32,000 bases of DNA from an archaeon. GTDB taxonomy: Archaea; Iainarchaeota; Iainarchaeia; Iainarchaeales; CSSED10-239. Below are positions 7,723-16,699 of the stretch, piece by piece. The translations under genes were made by a program, and so were the position numbers. The stretch spans positions 30,001-62,000 of the forward strand of contig DAOMZT010000003.1 in the NCBI GenBank assembly GCA_035400625.1, read 5' to 3'. Position 1 is the first letter of the stretch. The number at the start of each line of letters is the position of its first letter. The notes under the pieces were generated by a model. That model did not search any database and was not told the DNA's origin. It was given only the letters and a program-made list of their open reading frames with translations.

Positions 7723-10700
7723 ATGTTTTTAAGAAAAGTATCTTTAGTTTTATTGATTTTAATATTTGTAAGTTCTTCTGTTTTTGCAACAGTACTTGAA
7801 ATTGTAATACGTAGCGATAATAAATATGTGAATAGCGAAAGGTCTGTTTCTTTTAATGTAGCTGCAGACTCATATCCTGCTCTTTTGCATGTTTCTTCAC
7901 TTAAAGATCCAGAAGGTATTGATTTTAATGTAGATGGCAGTAGTGGCTTTGTGATTATTTCTTTTTCTGCAAGTTCTGCATCAACATCAAGTGAAGGGAT
8001 ACCTACAATACCAGTGTATAATGATAGAATAGATGTTGTTACAATATCTGCGGTTGGTGATAGCATCTCTGACACTTTTACTGTTGATGCTGTAAGGCCG
8101 ACAAATTCTGCTATAATTTCTATAAGTCCTGAAGGCCCTGATTCTGTACATGACAATTTTTATTCTGGACAAATAACAGTTGATTTTTCTGAAGGAGAAA
8201 TCTCTGATGATGAAACTTATGTTGATAGGCACATTGTTTATTTAGTGCCAGTCTCAAAATTGAATAATTATAGTTCTGAATATACAAAAAAATATGAAGA
8301 TACAAATACGACTAGGACAAGAGAGATTAATTCTGCCTCTGAAATTCCTGACGGCAATTATTATATAGTTGTTGATGCAAAAGATATTGCAGGAAATTAT
8401 TCTGATCCTAGTGATGTGAAAAACACAAAAGTAAATGTTTATTTTGATAATACACCAGCAAGCATTTCTGAAGTTAAGATTGATAATATAAAGGTTGACT
8501 TTGTACCAAGAGAAAGATATTTATACACTGACAAAAATGTTTTTGATTTAAGAGTTACAATGAGTGATGATGCCGGGGTTGCTAGTGGGACAATGACAGT
8601 AACTTTACCTAATAATGTCTCGAAATCTGCTGGTTATGATTCTGGTTTTTTAATATCTAAAGAAATAATATCTGATGGATTAACTAATTACCAAGTACAA
8701 ACAAGTCAAAAATATATGGTAAAAATCTTTGCAACAGATTATGTTTATAATGTCTATGAAGGAGATTTTAATATTATTGTGGATTTAACGCCACCAACAA
8801 TTCCTAATAAAAACGAATTAACAATAGATGACTATAATAAGAGCGTAACTATTGCTTGGCAAAAGGACGCATCATCTGATAGTCTTTCAGGATTAAAAGA
8901 ATATAGGGTTTACAAAAGCAATTCTGATTTCACAGAAATAACAAACCAAACACTAGTGTGTACAACAGGAACTAACATATATACTTGTAAAGATAATGAT
9001 GTTGAAGATGTTGGGAAAAAGATATACTACGGGATAGTTGGCGTGGATAATGTTGGAAACATAAGTGATGCCAACATTCGGTATATTTCAACAGGGCCTG
9101 GTAATTGTACTGTTGAAATTAATAAAGGAGATGATTATACTAATAACCCAGTTGTAGAATTAAAAATCAAATATCCTGATGATGTTAATGGAATGGGGAT
9201 TAGTTGTAATAATGGCAATCCAACAATAATAACTGTAGATGATGAGGCCACATTTAATTTAACTACTGGAACTGGCTGTTCATCAACAAATGGAGAAAAA
9301 ACAATTTATGTTAAAGTAGTAAGCAAAAACGACCCCAAAAGATTTTCTGTTTGTTCTTCAGACATAATTTTTGATAATACTGCTCCAACAGTTCCTACTA
9401 ACCTTGCTGCAACTTCACAAGCAGATGGTTCAGTAAAACTAACATGGACAGCATCTACTGAAAATCTAGAACCAAAGATCGTAAGATATAAGGTGTATTA
9501 TTCAACATCAAGCAATTTAACTAATGCTGCAGAATATAAAGAATCAAATACTAATAGTTATATCTTCAGATCAAATCAAGATGTTAATCTTTATTTTAAA
9601 GTTAGTGCATTAGATTTAAGAAATAACGAATCAGCATTAAGTTCATCAGTTCAGGCAAACATAAGAAAAACAGGACCAAGGTTTGAAATAAAAGTTAATC
9701 CTTCAAATGATGTTAATGGAGATATTTATGTAAATTCTGGAACAAAAACAATTGAGTTCTTAAGTGATGAGACATTATTAGGTAATCCTCAAGTAAGCAT
9801 AAAGAAAGCAAACAGCAATAATTTTATTGATGTTTTATCAACATATGATAATGTTACTAAGAAAGGGCAAGCAACAACAGTCTTTGTATCTTCAGGAACC
9901 AACATCATAAGAATAACAGGAACTAACACGAAAAATGAAAAAGCAACTTCTGAGTTAGAAGTTATAATGGATGGCACAGTTCCTGATTTTAATTTCACAT
10001 ATAAACTTGTAGAACCTACCTTTTATGAAATTGGATTATATAATCTGCCAGATGATGTTTTTAAAGTAGAATACTCAATAGATGATTTAAATGTTGTTTA
10101 TTCTGTGAAACAAGCAAAAGATTATAATTTCAGCAAATATGATTTTTCAGAAACACCTGATGGCAACTATACAATGTATATTAATGTTTATGATAAAGCA
10201 CTAAACAAAGCAACAAAGACATTTGCTTATGTTGTTGATCTTATTGATGAAGACAAAGTTGATTGTGATCTATTAAGAGGCGAGATTGTAAGTAAATTAG
10301 ATGCACTAGAAGAAAAAATAGATTTGTTTAAGGCAATAAAAATTATTGATTCTGCACTTGAGCAAACAATAAATGATAAAAAAAACATATTATTTACTAA
10401 ACGCTCAGAAGGAAATGACAAGTATTCTGAAAAAAATTATGTCTTAGCAAAAGAGGCTTATCAAATAACTTTAAACGAAATACAGGCAATTGCTGGTTTG
10501 TTGCCAGAAATAGAAATAATTAAATCAACAACTTTTCCAATAGTTTATGATGCAAATGCTTCAGTGTCCTTAGAAGAAATACTTGATCAAAATGTTTCTG
10601 TAAAAACAAAAGCACTTTATGATAGCAATATTATTCAAGTAGATAGAACTATAGAGACATTAAAAATCGCAACACAAAATTTCTTTTCAGTAAAGTTGAT

Positions 10701-11310
10701 TATTAAAAATACAAGTGCTGTATCTAAAGAAATAACAATTGTGGAAAATATCCCAAAACAATTTGCAAATAATGTTTCTAATTTGATATTTAATAAAGAA
10801 GTAGAAATATTGGTAACAGATCCTGTAATAAAATATACTGTTGAGATACCACCAAATGGTAGTGAAGAGCTTATTTATAGGTCTCTAACTCCTGTAACAG
10901 CAGTTGATGTTGATAAAAAGTATAATGTTTTAACTAAAGAATTTAATACAAGAGTGCCATTAATTGTTGATGGCAATATCTCTTCTGAGCAATTAGATAT
11001 TAAAAAGCCAATTAACTTGCAAATAATTATATATGCGGTAGTTGCTATTTTGTTAATAATAATTATTTTGCTAATAATTGGTGCAATTAATAATTATAAA
11101 AATAGGAAAATAGATATAAAACCTGATTCAAATAAGATGATGTATGATTATTTTGGTAAATATGAAAAAGAAACCAAAAAGGAAACTAAACAAGAGCCTT
11201 CAAAAATAGAAGACACTAAAAATCAAACAGAAGAACAAAAGAAAAAATCAGAATCAGATAAATTTAATGAAGATTACCAATATATTCTTTCTGCAATTAA
11301 AAGAAGATAA
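7723..11310 (+). CDS. large surface protein: signal peptide, repeated Ig/FN3-like beta domains, C-terminal TM anchor
   Basis: N-terminal signal-like LVLLILIFVSSSVFA. FN3-like signatures (LSGLKEYRVYKS, VRYKVYYS, PPTIPN/APTVPTN linkers). Hydrophobic helix IIIYAVVAILLIIIILLIIGAI near the C-terminus, then a charged tail. GGTG SD 7 nt upstream. Confidence 0.7.
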   Translation: MFLRKVSLVLLILIFVSSSVFATVLEIVIRSDNKYVNSERSVSFNVAADSYPALLHVSSLKDPEGIDFNVDGSSGFVIISFSASSASTSSEGIPTIPVYNDRIDVVTISAVGDSISDTFTVDAVRPTNSAIISISPEGPDSVHDNFYSGQITVDFSEGEISDDETYVDRHIVYLVPVSKLNNYSSEYTKKYEDTNTTRTREINSASEIPDGNYYIVVDAKDIAGNYSDPSDVKNTKVNVYFDNTPASISEVKIDNIKVDFVPRERYLYTDKNVFDLRVTMSDDAGVASGTMTVTLPNNVSKSAGYDSGFLISKEIISDGLTNYQVQTSQKYMVKIFATDYVYNVYEGDFNIIVDLTPPTIPNKNELTIDDYNKSVTIAWQKDASSDSLSGLKEYRVYKSNSDFTEITNQTLVCTTGTNIYTCKDNDVEDVGKKIYYGIVGVDNVGNISDANIRYISTGPGNCTVEINKGDDYTNNPVVELKIKYPDDVNGMGISCNNGNPTIITVDDEATFNLTTGTGCSSTNGEKTIYVKVVSKNDPKRFSVCSSDIIFDNTAPTVPTNLAATSQADGSVKLTWTASTENLEPKIVRYKVYYSTSSNLTNAAEYKESNTNSYIFRSNQDVNLYFKVSALDLRNNESALSSSVQANIRKTGPRFEIKVNPSNDVNGDIYVNSGTKTIEFLSDETLLGNPQVSIKKANSNNFIDVLSTYDNVTKKGQATTVFVSSGTNIIRITGTNTKNEKATSELEVIMDGTVPDFNFTYKLVEPTFYEIGLYNLPDDVFKVEYSIDDLNVVYSVKQAKDYNFSKYDFSETPDGNYTMYINVYDKALNKATKTFAYVVDLIDEDKVDCDLLRGEIVSKLDALEEKIDLFKAIKIIDSALEQTINDKKNILFTKRSEGNDKYSEKNYVLAKEAYQITLNEIQAIAGLLPEIEIIKSTTFPIVYDANASVSLEEILDQNVSVKTKALYDSNIIQVDRTIETLKIATQNFFSVKLIIKNTSAVSKEITIVENIPKQFANNVSNLIFNKEVEILVTDPVIKYTVEIPPNGSEELIYRSLTPVTAVDVDKKYNVLTKEFNTRVPLIVDGNISSEQLDIKKPINLQIIIYAVVAILLIIIILLIIGAINNYKNRKIDIKPDSNKMMYDYFGKYEKETKKETKQEPSKIEDTKNQTEEQKKKSESDKFNEDYQYILSAIKRR

Positions 11311-11313
11311 ATA

Positions 11314-12501
11314 ATGATAAGAGGATTAGAAACAAGAATAATAATTGTTGGGGCAGGACCTGCTGGTCTATATTGCGGTTACTTGATAAAAAGATTTAAT
11401 CCAAATATTTTAGTGACCATTATAGAAAATGATAAAGAAGTAGGAATACCAAAAGCCTGTACAGGTCATATCTCTATTTTTGGTTTAAAGAAATTAAAAT
11501 TAACTCCTTTTTTAGATATTGATAAATTGGTTGTTAATAGGATAAGAGGAGCAAACATACATGGTCCAAGCAAAGCAGAACTGCAATTTAGAACTAAAAA
11601 ATTCCAAACGGTAGTTGTAGACAGAGTGATATTTGATAGAGAAATAGAAAAGCTTGCAAGAAACGTTGGAGTGGAAATATTGCTTGGTCATCAAGTAGTT
11701 AGTGTTCAAGATGGTTCTGTTGCAGTAAATATTATTGATGAAAATAGATTGATTTATTTGGATTATACATATCTAATTGGTGCAGATGGGCCAAACTCAA
11801 TTGTCAGAAATGCATTTACTGAAAAGCCAAGCACTGAAGAATTTATATCAACATACCAGATTACAGCAAATGGTGATTTTACAAAAGACATGGTTGAATT
11901 ATATTTTGGGGATTTTTCTAAAAATTTCTTTGCATGGATTGTCCCAGAAAGTTACACAATTGCAAGAATTGGAATTGGTGTGCCATTAGGTCAAAATCCA
12001 AAGCAGGCACTAGATGATTTTATTGCAAAGAGAAATATAAAATTAACAAATATAAAGTTTGATTGCTCAGGACAGATCCCAGTTTCCAAGCCAATAACTA
12101 ATTATTATGAGAATAAAAAATTATTAATTGGTGATGCAGCTTGCTTTGTTAAAGCAACAAGTGGCGGGGGAATTATCTTTGGGCTAACAAGTGCAGAATG
12201 TGCAGCAAAAGCAATAACAGAAAGATTAAAGCACTTTAAAAAGCTTGAAAATTATAATAAGCATTTAAAACCAGTAATTAGAGAATTAAATATACATTAT
12301 AAATTATACAAATATAAAAGCCAAAAAACAAATCTAGAATTTGATAATCTTCTTTTAAAGCTAAAAGATGCAGGCATAGAGGATTTTCTTAATAACAATG
12401 GGAATATAGATTATCCTAGTAATTTCATACCAAAGTTGGTATTCTATCCGAAATTTTTGGTGTTTTATAAGGAATTAATTGATTTAATAAAGTCAAAATA
12501 G
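11314..12501 (+). CDS. geranylgeranyl reductase family FAD-dependent oxidoreductase
   Basis: IIVGAGPAGLYCG dinucleotide-binding motif, GADGPNSIVR and LIGDAACFVKATSGGGI motifs typical of archaeal digeranylgeranylglycerophospholipid reductase-like enzymes. Confidence 0.8.
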   Translation: MIRGLETRIIIVGAGPAGLYCGYLIKRFNPNILVTIIENDKEVGIPKACTGHISIFGLKKLKLTPFLDIDKLVVNRIRGANIHGPSKAELQFRTKKFQTVVVDRVIFDREIEKLARNVGVEILLGHQVVSVQDGSVAVNIIDENRLIYLDYTYLIGADGPNSIVRNAFTEKPSTEEFISTYQITANGDFTKDMVELYFGDFSKNFFAWIVPESYTIARIGIGVPLGQNPKQALDDFIAKRNIKLTNIKFDCSGQIPVSKPITNYYENKKLLIGDAACFVKATSGGGIIFGLTSAECAAKAITERLKHFKKLENYNKHLKPVIRELNIHYKLYKYKSQKTNLEFDNLLLKLKDAGIEDFLNNNGNIDYPSNFIPKLVFYPKFLVFYKELIDLIKSK

Positions 12502-12530
12502 CAAATTGTGTGTTTGTGTATTTTGTTTTA

Positions 12531-12639
12531 TTCGCACTATTTCTTGGACAACCAATCCCAGGCCCAACCGACCGATATATATATATCGGTTTTAACTTAT
12601 TTACAAAAAATATAATTAAATAACTCAAAATGGAGATGA
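12531..12639 (+). promoter_or_regulatory. conserved promoter/5'UTR cassette, copy A (TTGGACAACCAAT box, 20-bp palindrome, AT-rich leader, GGAGATGA SD)
   Basis: About 90% identical to 24702-24807, and 65 of the last 69 nt are identical. Perfect palindrome ACCGATATATATATATCGGT at 12571-12590. Ends 6 nt before the ATG at 12646. Confidence 0.6.
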
Positions 12640-12645
12640 TTTAAA

Positions 12646-12900
12646 ATGCCAAAAAAAGCAAGCACGTATAAATTAGTCAGAAAAAAGACAACAGGAACCA
12701 TGAAGGGCAAGCTAAAAAAAGCACCTGTGACAAAAGAGAGGGAATTAACAAAAAGTTTGATAGAAACATTAAAAAAAGAGGCAAAAAGCAAAGGCGTTAC
12801 ATTAAAATCATTACTAACAGAAAAAGAAATAAAAACACTAACAGAACGTGCACGCAACAAAGCCTTTGAAACAGCAGGGAAAAAAAGTCAGAGTAACTAA
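12646..12900 (+). CDS. small Lys-rich hypothetical protein (84 aa)
   Basis: ATG preceded by a GGAGATGA SD inside cassette A. Highly basic K/T/E-rich sequence with no recognised family. Its last codons contain an A7 run (12880-12886) where the next ORF overlaps in the +1 frame. Confidence 0.55.
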   Translation: MPKKASTYKLVRKKTTGTMKGKLKKAPVTKERELTKSLIETLKKEAKSKGVTLKSLLTEKEIKTLTERARNKAFETAGKKSQSN

Positions 12901-14104
12901 AGCAGAACATGTAAAAAATGTATTATCTAACCTTTATAGTGAATCGGGGGAATATGGCGGTTGGCATCCCGACGAGGTACATGAGGATTTTAAAAAACAG
13001 ATAAAATTAAGTGCAAATAAAAAATATGCAATTTTTAAAATTAAGGGGAAATCCAAAATGTTAGTTCTTCCTAAAGAAGAAGTACTTAAACTATTATTTG
13101 ATAAAAGAATTTTTAAAGACCTTAGGATTTATTCATGGGATTTTGGTGAATTATTTAAAGATATGAAGTATAATAGTAGTCCAAAAGCAAAAGAATATTT
13201 TGACACTTTAATTAAGGCAGAAATAGGCGAGCTAACTGAATATAAAGAATGGTATGATGAGGGATTTAAATATTATAGCTCTGGAAGTAGATATGAGCGA
13301 GGAATGGCGATGCAAGTAAAAATATCTGAAAATATGATACAGGGTTTATCTAAAGCAGGTGTGCCTATAGAAAAATTAGAACCTTTTGTAAGTGAAAAAC
13401 ATGTTCCTATTGGATATATAGCAAATTTTTCAGAAATGTTGGTGAAAAATTATGGTTTTAATGAGTATATTTCTAAAATTGTGCCTGGAAAGTGTAAGAA
13501 CTTAATGAGATTTGATAGCATTTATAATAGAGAAACCTTTAATAGTGGTATAAAAGGCGTGCTTGTAAAAATTAGAGATCCAAAGATCGCAATTGAAACA
13601 GCAAGTAAAGTTTTAACACTAACAGAAAGATCAGAGATTTGGAAAAAAGTTCCTCATCATAGAGGCTATGGGGAAAAAGAAATCCTGACTGACCTGCCAG
13701 TTTTTTGTGAAGTTTTAGGAAAAGGCGGTTTTTTTACAAGTAAACAACATGAAAAAGCAGCTGCAAGATTTCTTTTTGATGATATTAATTTTTTAAAAGA
13801 GAGTAACAGATCTAGTAGTGGTGGTTATGAATTTTTATCTAATAAAGAATTAAAACATGATACCTATAACTCGTATTTTGATGATTGGGATCATGTAGAG
13901 AATATTTCTCATTACTGGAGATATGGATTAAGGCCTTTATTAGAAAAAGGAACATTATCTAGAAAAAGACTATTAGAATTATTAGATGTGAGATGTGGTC
14001 CAGGAGAATCAGAAACAAAAACAAAATGGTTAAATCATTTAATTTTCTTTGAGGCCATAACTCCTGAACAGGTAAATCTTTACCAAAACTCGAAAAGAAA
14101 GTAA
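12848..14104 (+). CDS. hypothetical protein (orphan, about 418 aa; true start uncertain, possibly fused to the upstream ORF)
   Basis: Long uninterrupted ORF with coding-like composition. No SD before the GTG at 12848 and no in-frame ATG for about 70 codons. No family recognised by eye. Confidence 0.6.
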   Translation: MHATKPLKQQGKKVRVTKAEHVKNVLSNLYSESGEYGGWHPDEVHEDFKKQIKLSANKKYAIFKIKGKSKMLVLPKEEVLKLLFDKRIFKDLRIYSWDFGELFKDMKYNSSPKAKEYFDTLIKAEIGELTEYKEWYDEGFKYYSSGSRYERGMAMQVKISENMIQGLSKAGVPIEKLEPFVSEKHVPIGYIANFSEMLVKNYGFNEYISKIVPGKCKNLMRFDSIYNRETFNSGIKGVLVKIRDPKIAIETASKVLTLTERSEIWKKVPHHRGYGEKEILTDLPVFCEVLGKGGFFTSKQHEKAAARFLFDDINFLKESNRSSSGGYEFLSNKELKHDTYNSYFDDWDHVENISHYWRYGLRPLLEKGTLSRKRLLELLDVRCGPGESETKTKWLNHLIFFEAITPEQVNLYQNSKRK

Positions 14105-14198
14105 AAAAATCAAAAGAGAAGTTATTTCTCTTTTGTTATTTTTAATTCTATTTATAAAAATAACTGTTCATAAAATATATATTAATATACCGTTTTTT

Positions 14199-14271
14199 AG
14201 CCCGATGGTGTAGTGGCCAAGCATGCAAGGCTTTGAACCTTGCGACAGGAGTTCGAATCTCTTTCGGGCTA
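14199..14271 (+). tRNA. tRNA-Gln (anticodon UUG)
   Basis: Manual cloverleaf: acceptor AGCCCGA/TCGGGCT, D-arm GTGT-AGTGGCCAA-GCAT, anticodon arm CAAGG-CTTTGAA-CCTTG, T-arm AGGAG-TTCGAAT-CTCTT, discriminator A. No CCA encoded. Confidence 0.85.
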
Positions 14272-14276
14272 AACAT

Positions 14277-14351
14277 GGGAGTGTAGCTTAGCCTGGTTAG
14301 AGCACCCGACTGATAATCGGGAGGTCGCAGGTTCGAATCCTGCCTCTCCCA
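14277..14351 (+). tRNA. tRNA-Ile (anticodon GAU)
   Basis: Acceptor GGGAGTG/CTCTCCC (U6:U67 mismatch), D-arm GCTT-AGCCTGGTTA-GAGC, anticodon arm CCCGA-CTGATAA-TCGGG, T-arm GCAGG-TTCGAAT-CCTGC. Lies 5 nt after tRNA-Gln. Confidence 0.85.
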
Positions 14352-14378
14352 TATCCTCTTTAAAAGAATCTGAATATT

Positions 14379-15248
14379 ATGATAAAGGACCTAGAGCAAC
14401 TATTAAATAACGGGTATTATTATAGAGCTCAAAAGAAAAAAGAAACCGCAATATTAATAATACATGGTTTTGCTGCTTCTCCTATAGAGCAAAAGCCTCT
14501 TGCAGAATATCTAAAAGATGATTATGATATTTACGCACCAATTCTTCCTGGACATAAAACAAACATATTAGACTTTAGCAAACAAAAATATAAAAACTGG
14601 CTTTCTTTTTCTGAAAAAATATATGAAGAGCTATTAAAAGAATATTCTAAGGTAGTATTGTTAGGCTTTTCAATGGGCGGTACTATATGTCTGTATCTTT
14701 CAACAAAAAAAAGGCCACACAAGCTCATTACAATGTCAGCACCAATCAATTTTTTAGACCCTGACTTTGGAAAACTTATTTTAGCTGACTGGAAAAGAAC
14801 AAACATAAGGCTTTCAACAATAATTTCTGAAATTAATGAGATTTCTAAAAAGCAATCACAAACCAAACGATCAACATCAGAAAAAATCAGAATGGTTATT
14901 AATAACATATATAGAAAAAGCAGAAAAGAATTTATTAAACTAAATAATGAATTATTAGAATATGAAGACACTTATAATGAGATATCGACAAGTGCAATTC
15001 AACAGATATTTGAATTAGTAAAATTTGTTAAAAAACAAATATCTAAGGTAAATGCAGACATACTTATAATCCACAGCAAAAAGGACTACCTAATACCTGT
15101 AAGTAACTCCAAAGAAATAATGCTGTCTGTATCTTCAAATAATGTTGAAAGATTTCTTTTAGAAGAATCTGGACATCAAGTTATGCTTGATGTAGAATAT
15201 GAAAAGGTATTTAAGAAAATAAAAGAATTTCTATCTAGGGAAATATAA
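14379..15248 (+). CDS. alpha/beta hydrolase (esterase/lipase-like)
   Basis: HGFAASP oxyanion region, GFSMGG nucleophile elbow (GxSxG), late HSKKDYLIP (Asp) and ESGHQVMLD (His). A Lys-rich helical insert may act as a lid. Confidence 0.75.
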   Translation: MIKDLEQLLNNGYYYRAQKKKETAILIIHGFAASPIEQKPLAEYLKDDYDIYAPILPGHKTNILDFSKQKYKNWLSFSEKIYEELLKEYSKVVLLGFSMGGTICLYLSTKKRPHKLITMSAPINFLDPDFGKLILADWKRTNIRLSTIISEINEISKKQSQTKRSTSEKIRMVINNIYRKSRKEFIKLNNELLEYEDTYNEISTSAIQQIFELVKFVKKQISKVNADILIIHSKKDYLIPVSNSKEIMLSVSSNNVERFLLEESGHQVMLDVEYEKVFKKIKEFLSREI

Positions 15249-15734
15249 TTACTTTGTTTTCTCATTAACAAAAGAAATGTTTGGTGTAATAATTTGTTTT
15301 TCTTTATCAAATCTTGCTGTGCCAATTATGTGATTTCCATAAACACAAGCAACAAAGCCAGAAGATAGCAGATTCTTGTTTTTTATGTCTTTAGTTGCAA
15401 TTTCTTTTCCTGAAAAGTAAGTGTTTGTTTGGTTTCTTGTCAACTCTACAAAGTTTTGTTTTATTTGTTTTTTTGCAAAGCTTGAAAACCCAAGTGAGGA
15501 GGGTTTATAATCTTTGTAATTAGAGAAAATCTCTATCCCGAAAGAAATAGTAAAATTCTGTCTAATTTGATTTTCTATAATCTTTTGTGTTTCTCTTGTT
15601 TTATAAATAATTGAAACAGATTTTCCTGAAATAACAAAAAGATAATCTGCAAAAAAAGAACTATCAATGCCAAAGCGAGACTCTAAATAGTTTATTAGTT
15701 TTTTTCTTGTTTTTTCATCTAATTTTTTTGCCAT
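15249..15734 (-). CDS. hypothetical protein, possibly the stand-alone RsmF-type C-terminal PUA-like RNA-binding module
   Basis: Starts 2 nt after the stop of the upstream m5C methyltransferase gene. The C-terminal GFVACVYGNHIIGTARFDKEKQIITPN resembles the PUA-like tail fused to RsmF/NSUN enzymes. Assignment is by memory of that family only. Confidence 0.4.
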   Translation of the reverse strand: MAKKLDEKTRKKLINYLESRFGIDSSFFADYLFVISGKSVSIIYKTRETQKIIENQIRQNFTISFGIEIFSNYKDYKPSSLGFSSFAKKQIKQNFVELTRNQTNTYFSGKEIATKDIKNKNLLSSGFVACVYGNHIIGTARFDKEKQIITPNISFVNEKTK

Positions 15735-15736
15735 AA

Positions 15737-16684
15737 TTAATCCTTTCTAATCTTACAAATAAAAAAGCCCTCAATTCCACTTTTGTGTGGCCAAATCCTT
15801 ATTGCTTTTTTTAGCTCATTATCAAAGTTTTTATGCTTGTATTTTGTTAACCCCTCATCATAATTAAGCCCTGTAATTCTTGTCTCTTGAACTTTTGCAT
15901 TTTTATTTTTTTTAAGAAGAAAATCAATTACTTCTTCGTTTTCTTCAGGAGACAATGTACAAGTAGAATATACCAGCACGCCATTTGGCTTAAGCAAAGA
16001 AAAGGCATTAGCTATTAGCTTCTTTTGTAAATTAGATTTTGAGTTTACTTCTTTGTAAGACCAAGTTTTTAAGGAATCTGGTTTTTTCCTTATCATTCCT
16101 TCACAAGAGCATGGCGCATCTAGAAGTATTTTATCAAATTTAAAATTAAAATTAATTTTTGTAGCATCTCTACAAGTAATTATTGTGTTTCTTACACCTA
16201 GTCTTTTTAATGTGAATTTTAAGGTCTTAATTCTGGTTTTATCCACGTCGTTAGCAATAATTAATCCTTTGTTTTTCATTATTTGTGCTAAGATGCCTGT
16301 CTTGTTTCCGGGAGCAGCAGTCATATCTAAAACTATGTCTGTCTCTTTTGGATCAAGAACAAAAGCAGGGAGCATAGAAGATATCTCTTGCATTTGGAAT
16401 AAGCCGATGTTTTGTTCAATGGTGTTACCAAGACCAGAAACAAGAGACCTAATAAAATAGGCATTATCTATATATTTTACTTTTTCTAAATTAAGCCCTT
16501 GTTCTTTAAGAAAAGAAGCATCTTTGGCTTTAAGAGTATTAATGATTAAAGATTTTGTAAGTCTGGTTTTACAGGAATCCAAGAAAATAAGCACTTCTTG
16601 GTCTCCAAGTATCCATTTGTATTTTTCTGTAAATTCTTTAGGTAAATACACTTCCCCCATAGATATGTTAGTTAAGAAATACAT
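15737..16684 (-). CDS. NOL1/NOP2/Sun family RNA (cytosine-C5) methyltransferase
   Basis: SAM motif DMTAAPGNKT, catalytic DAPCSCEG (motif IV) and YSTCTLSPEENE (motif VI). Confidence 0.9.
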   Translation of the reverse strand: MYFLTNISMGEVYLPKEFTEKYKWILGDQEVLIFLDSCKTRLTKSLIINTLKAKDASFLKEQGLNLEKVKYIDNAYFIRSLVSGLGNTIEQNIGLFQMQEISSMLPAFVLDPKETDIVLDMTAAPGNKTGILAQIMKNKGLIIANDVDKTRIKTLKFTLKRLGVRNTIITCRDATKINFNFKFDKILLDAPCSCEGMIRKKPDSLKTWSYKEVNSKSNLQKKLIANAFSLLKPNGVLVYSTCTLSPEENEEVIDFLLKKNKNAKVQETRITGLNYDEGLTKYKHKNFDNELKKAIRIWPHKSGIEGFFICKIRKD

Positions 16685-16699
16685 TTAAAACAAGGCATT

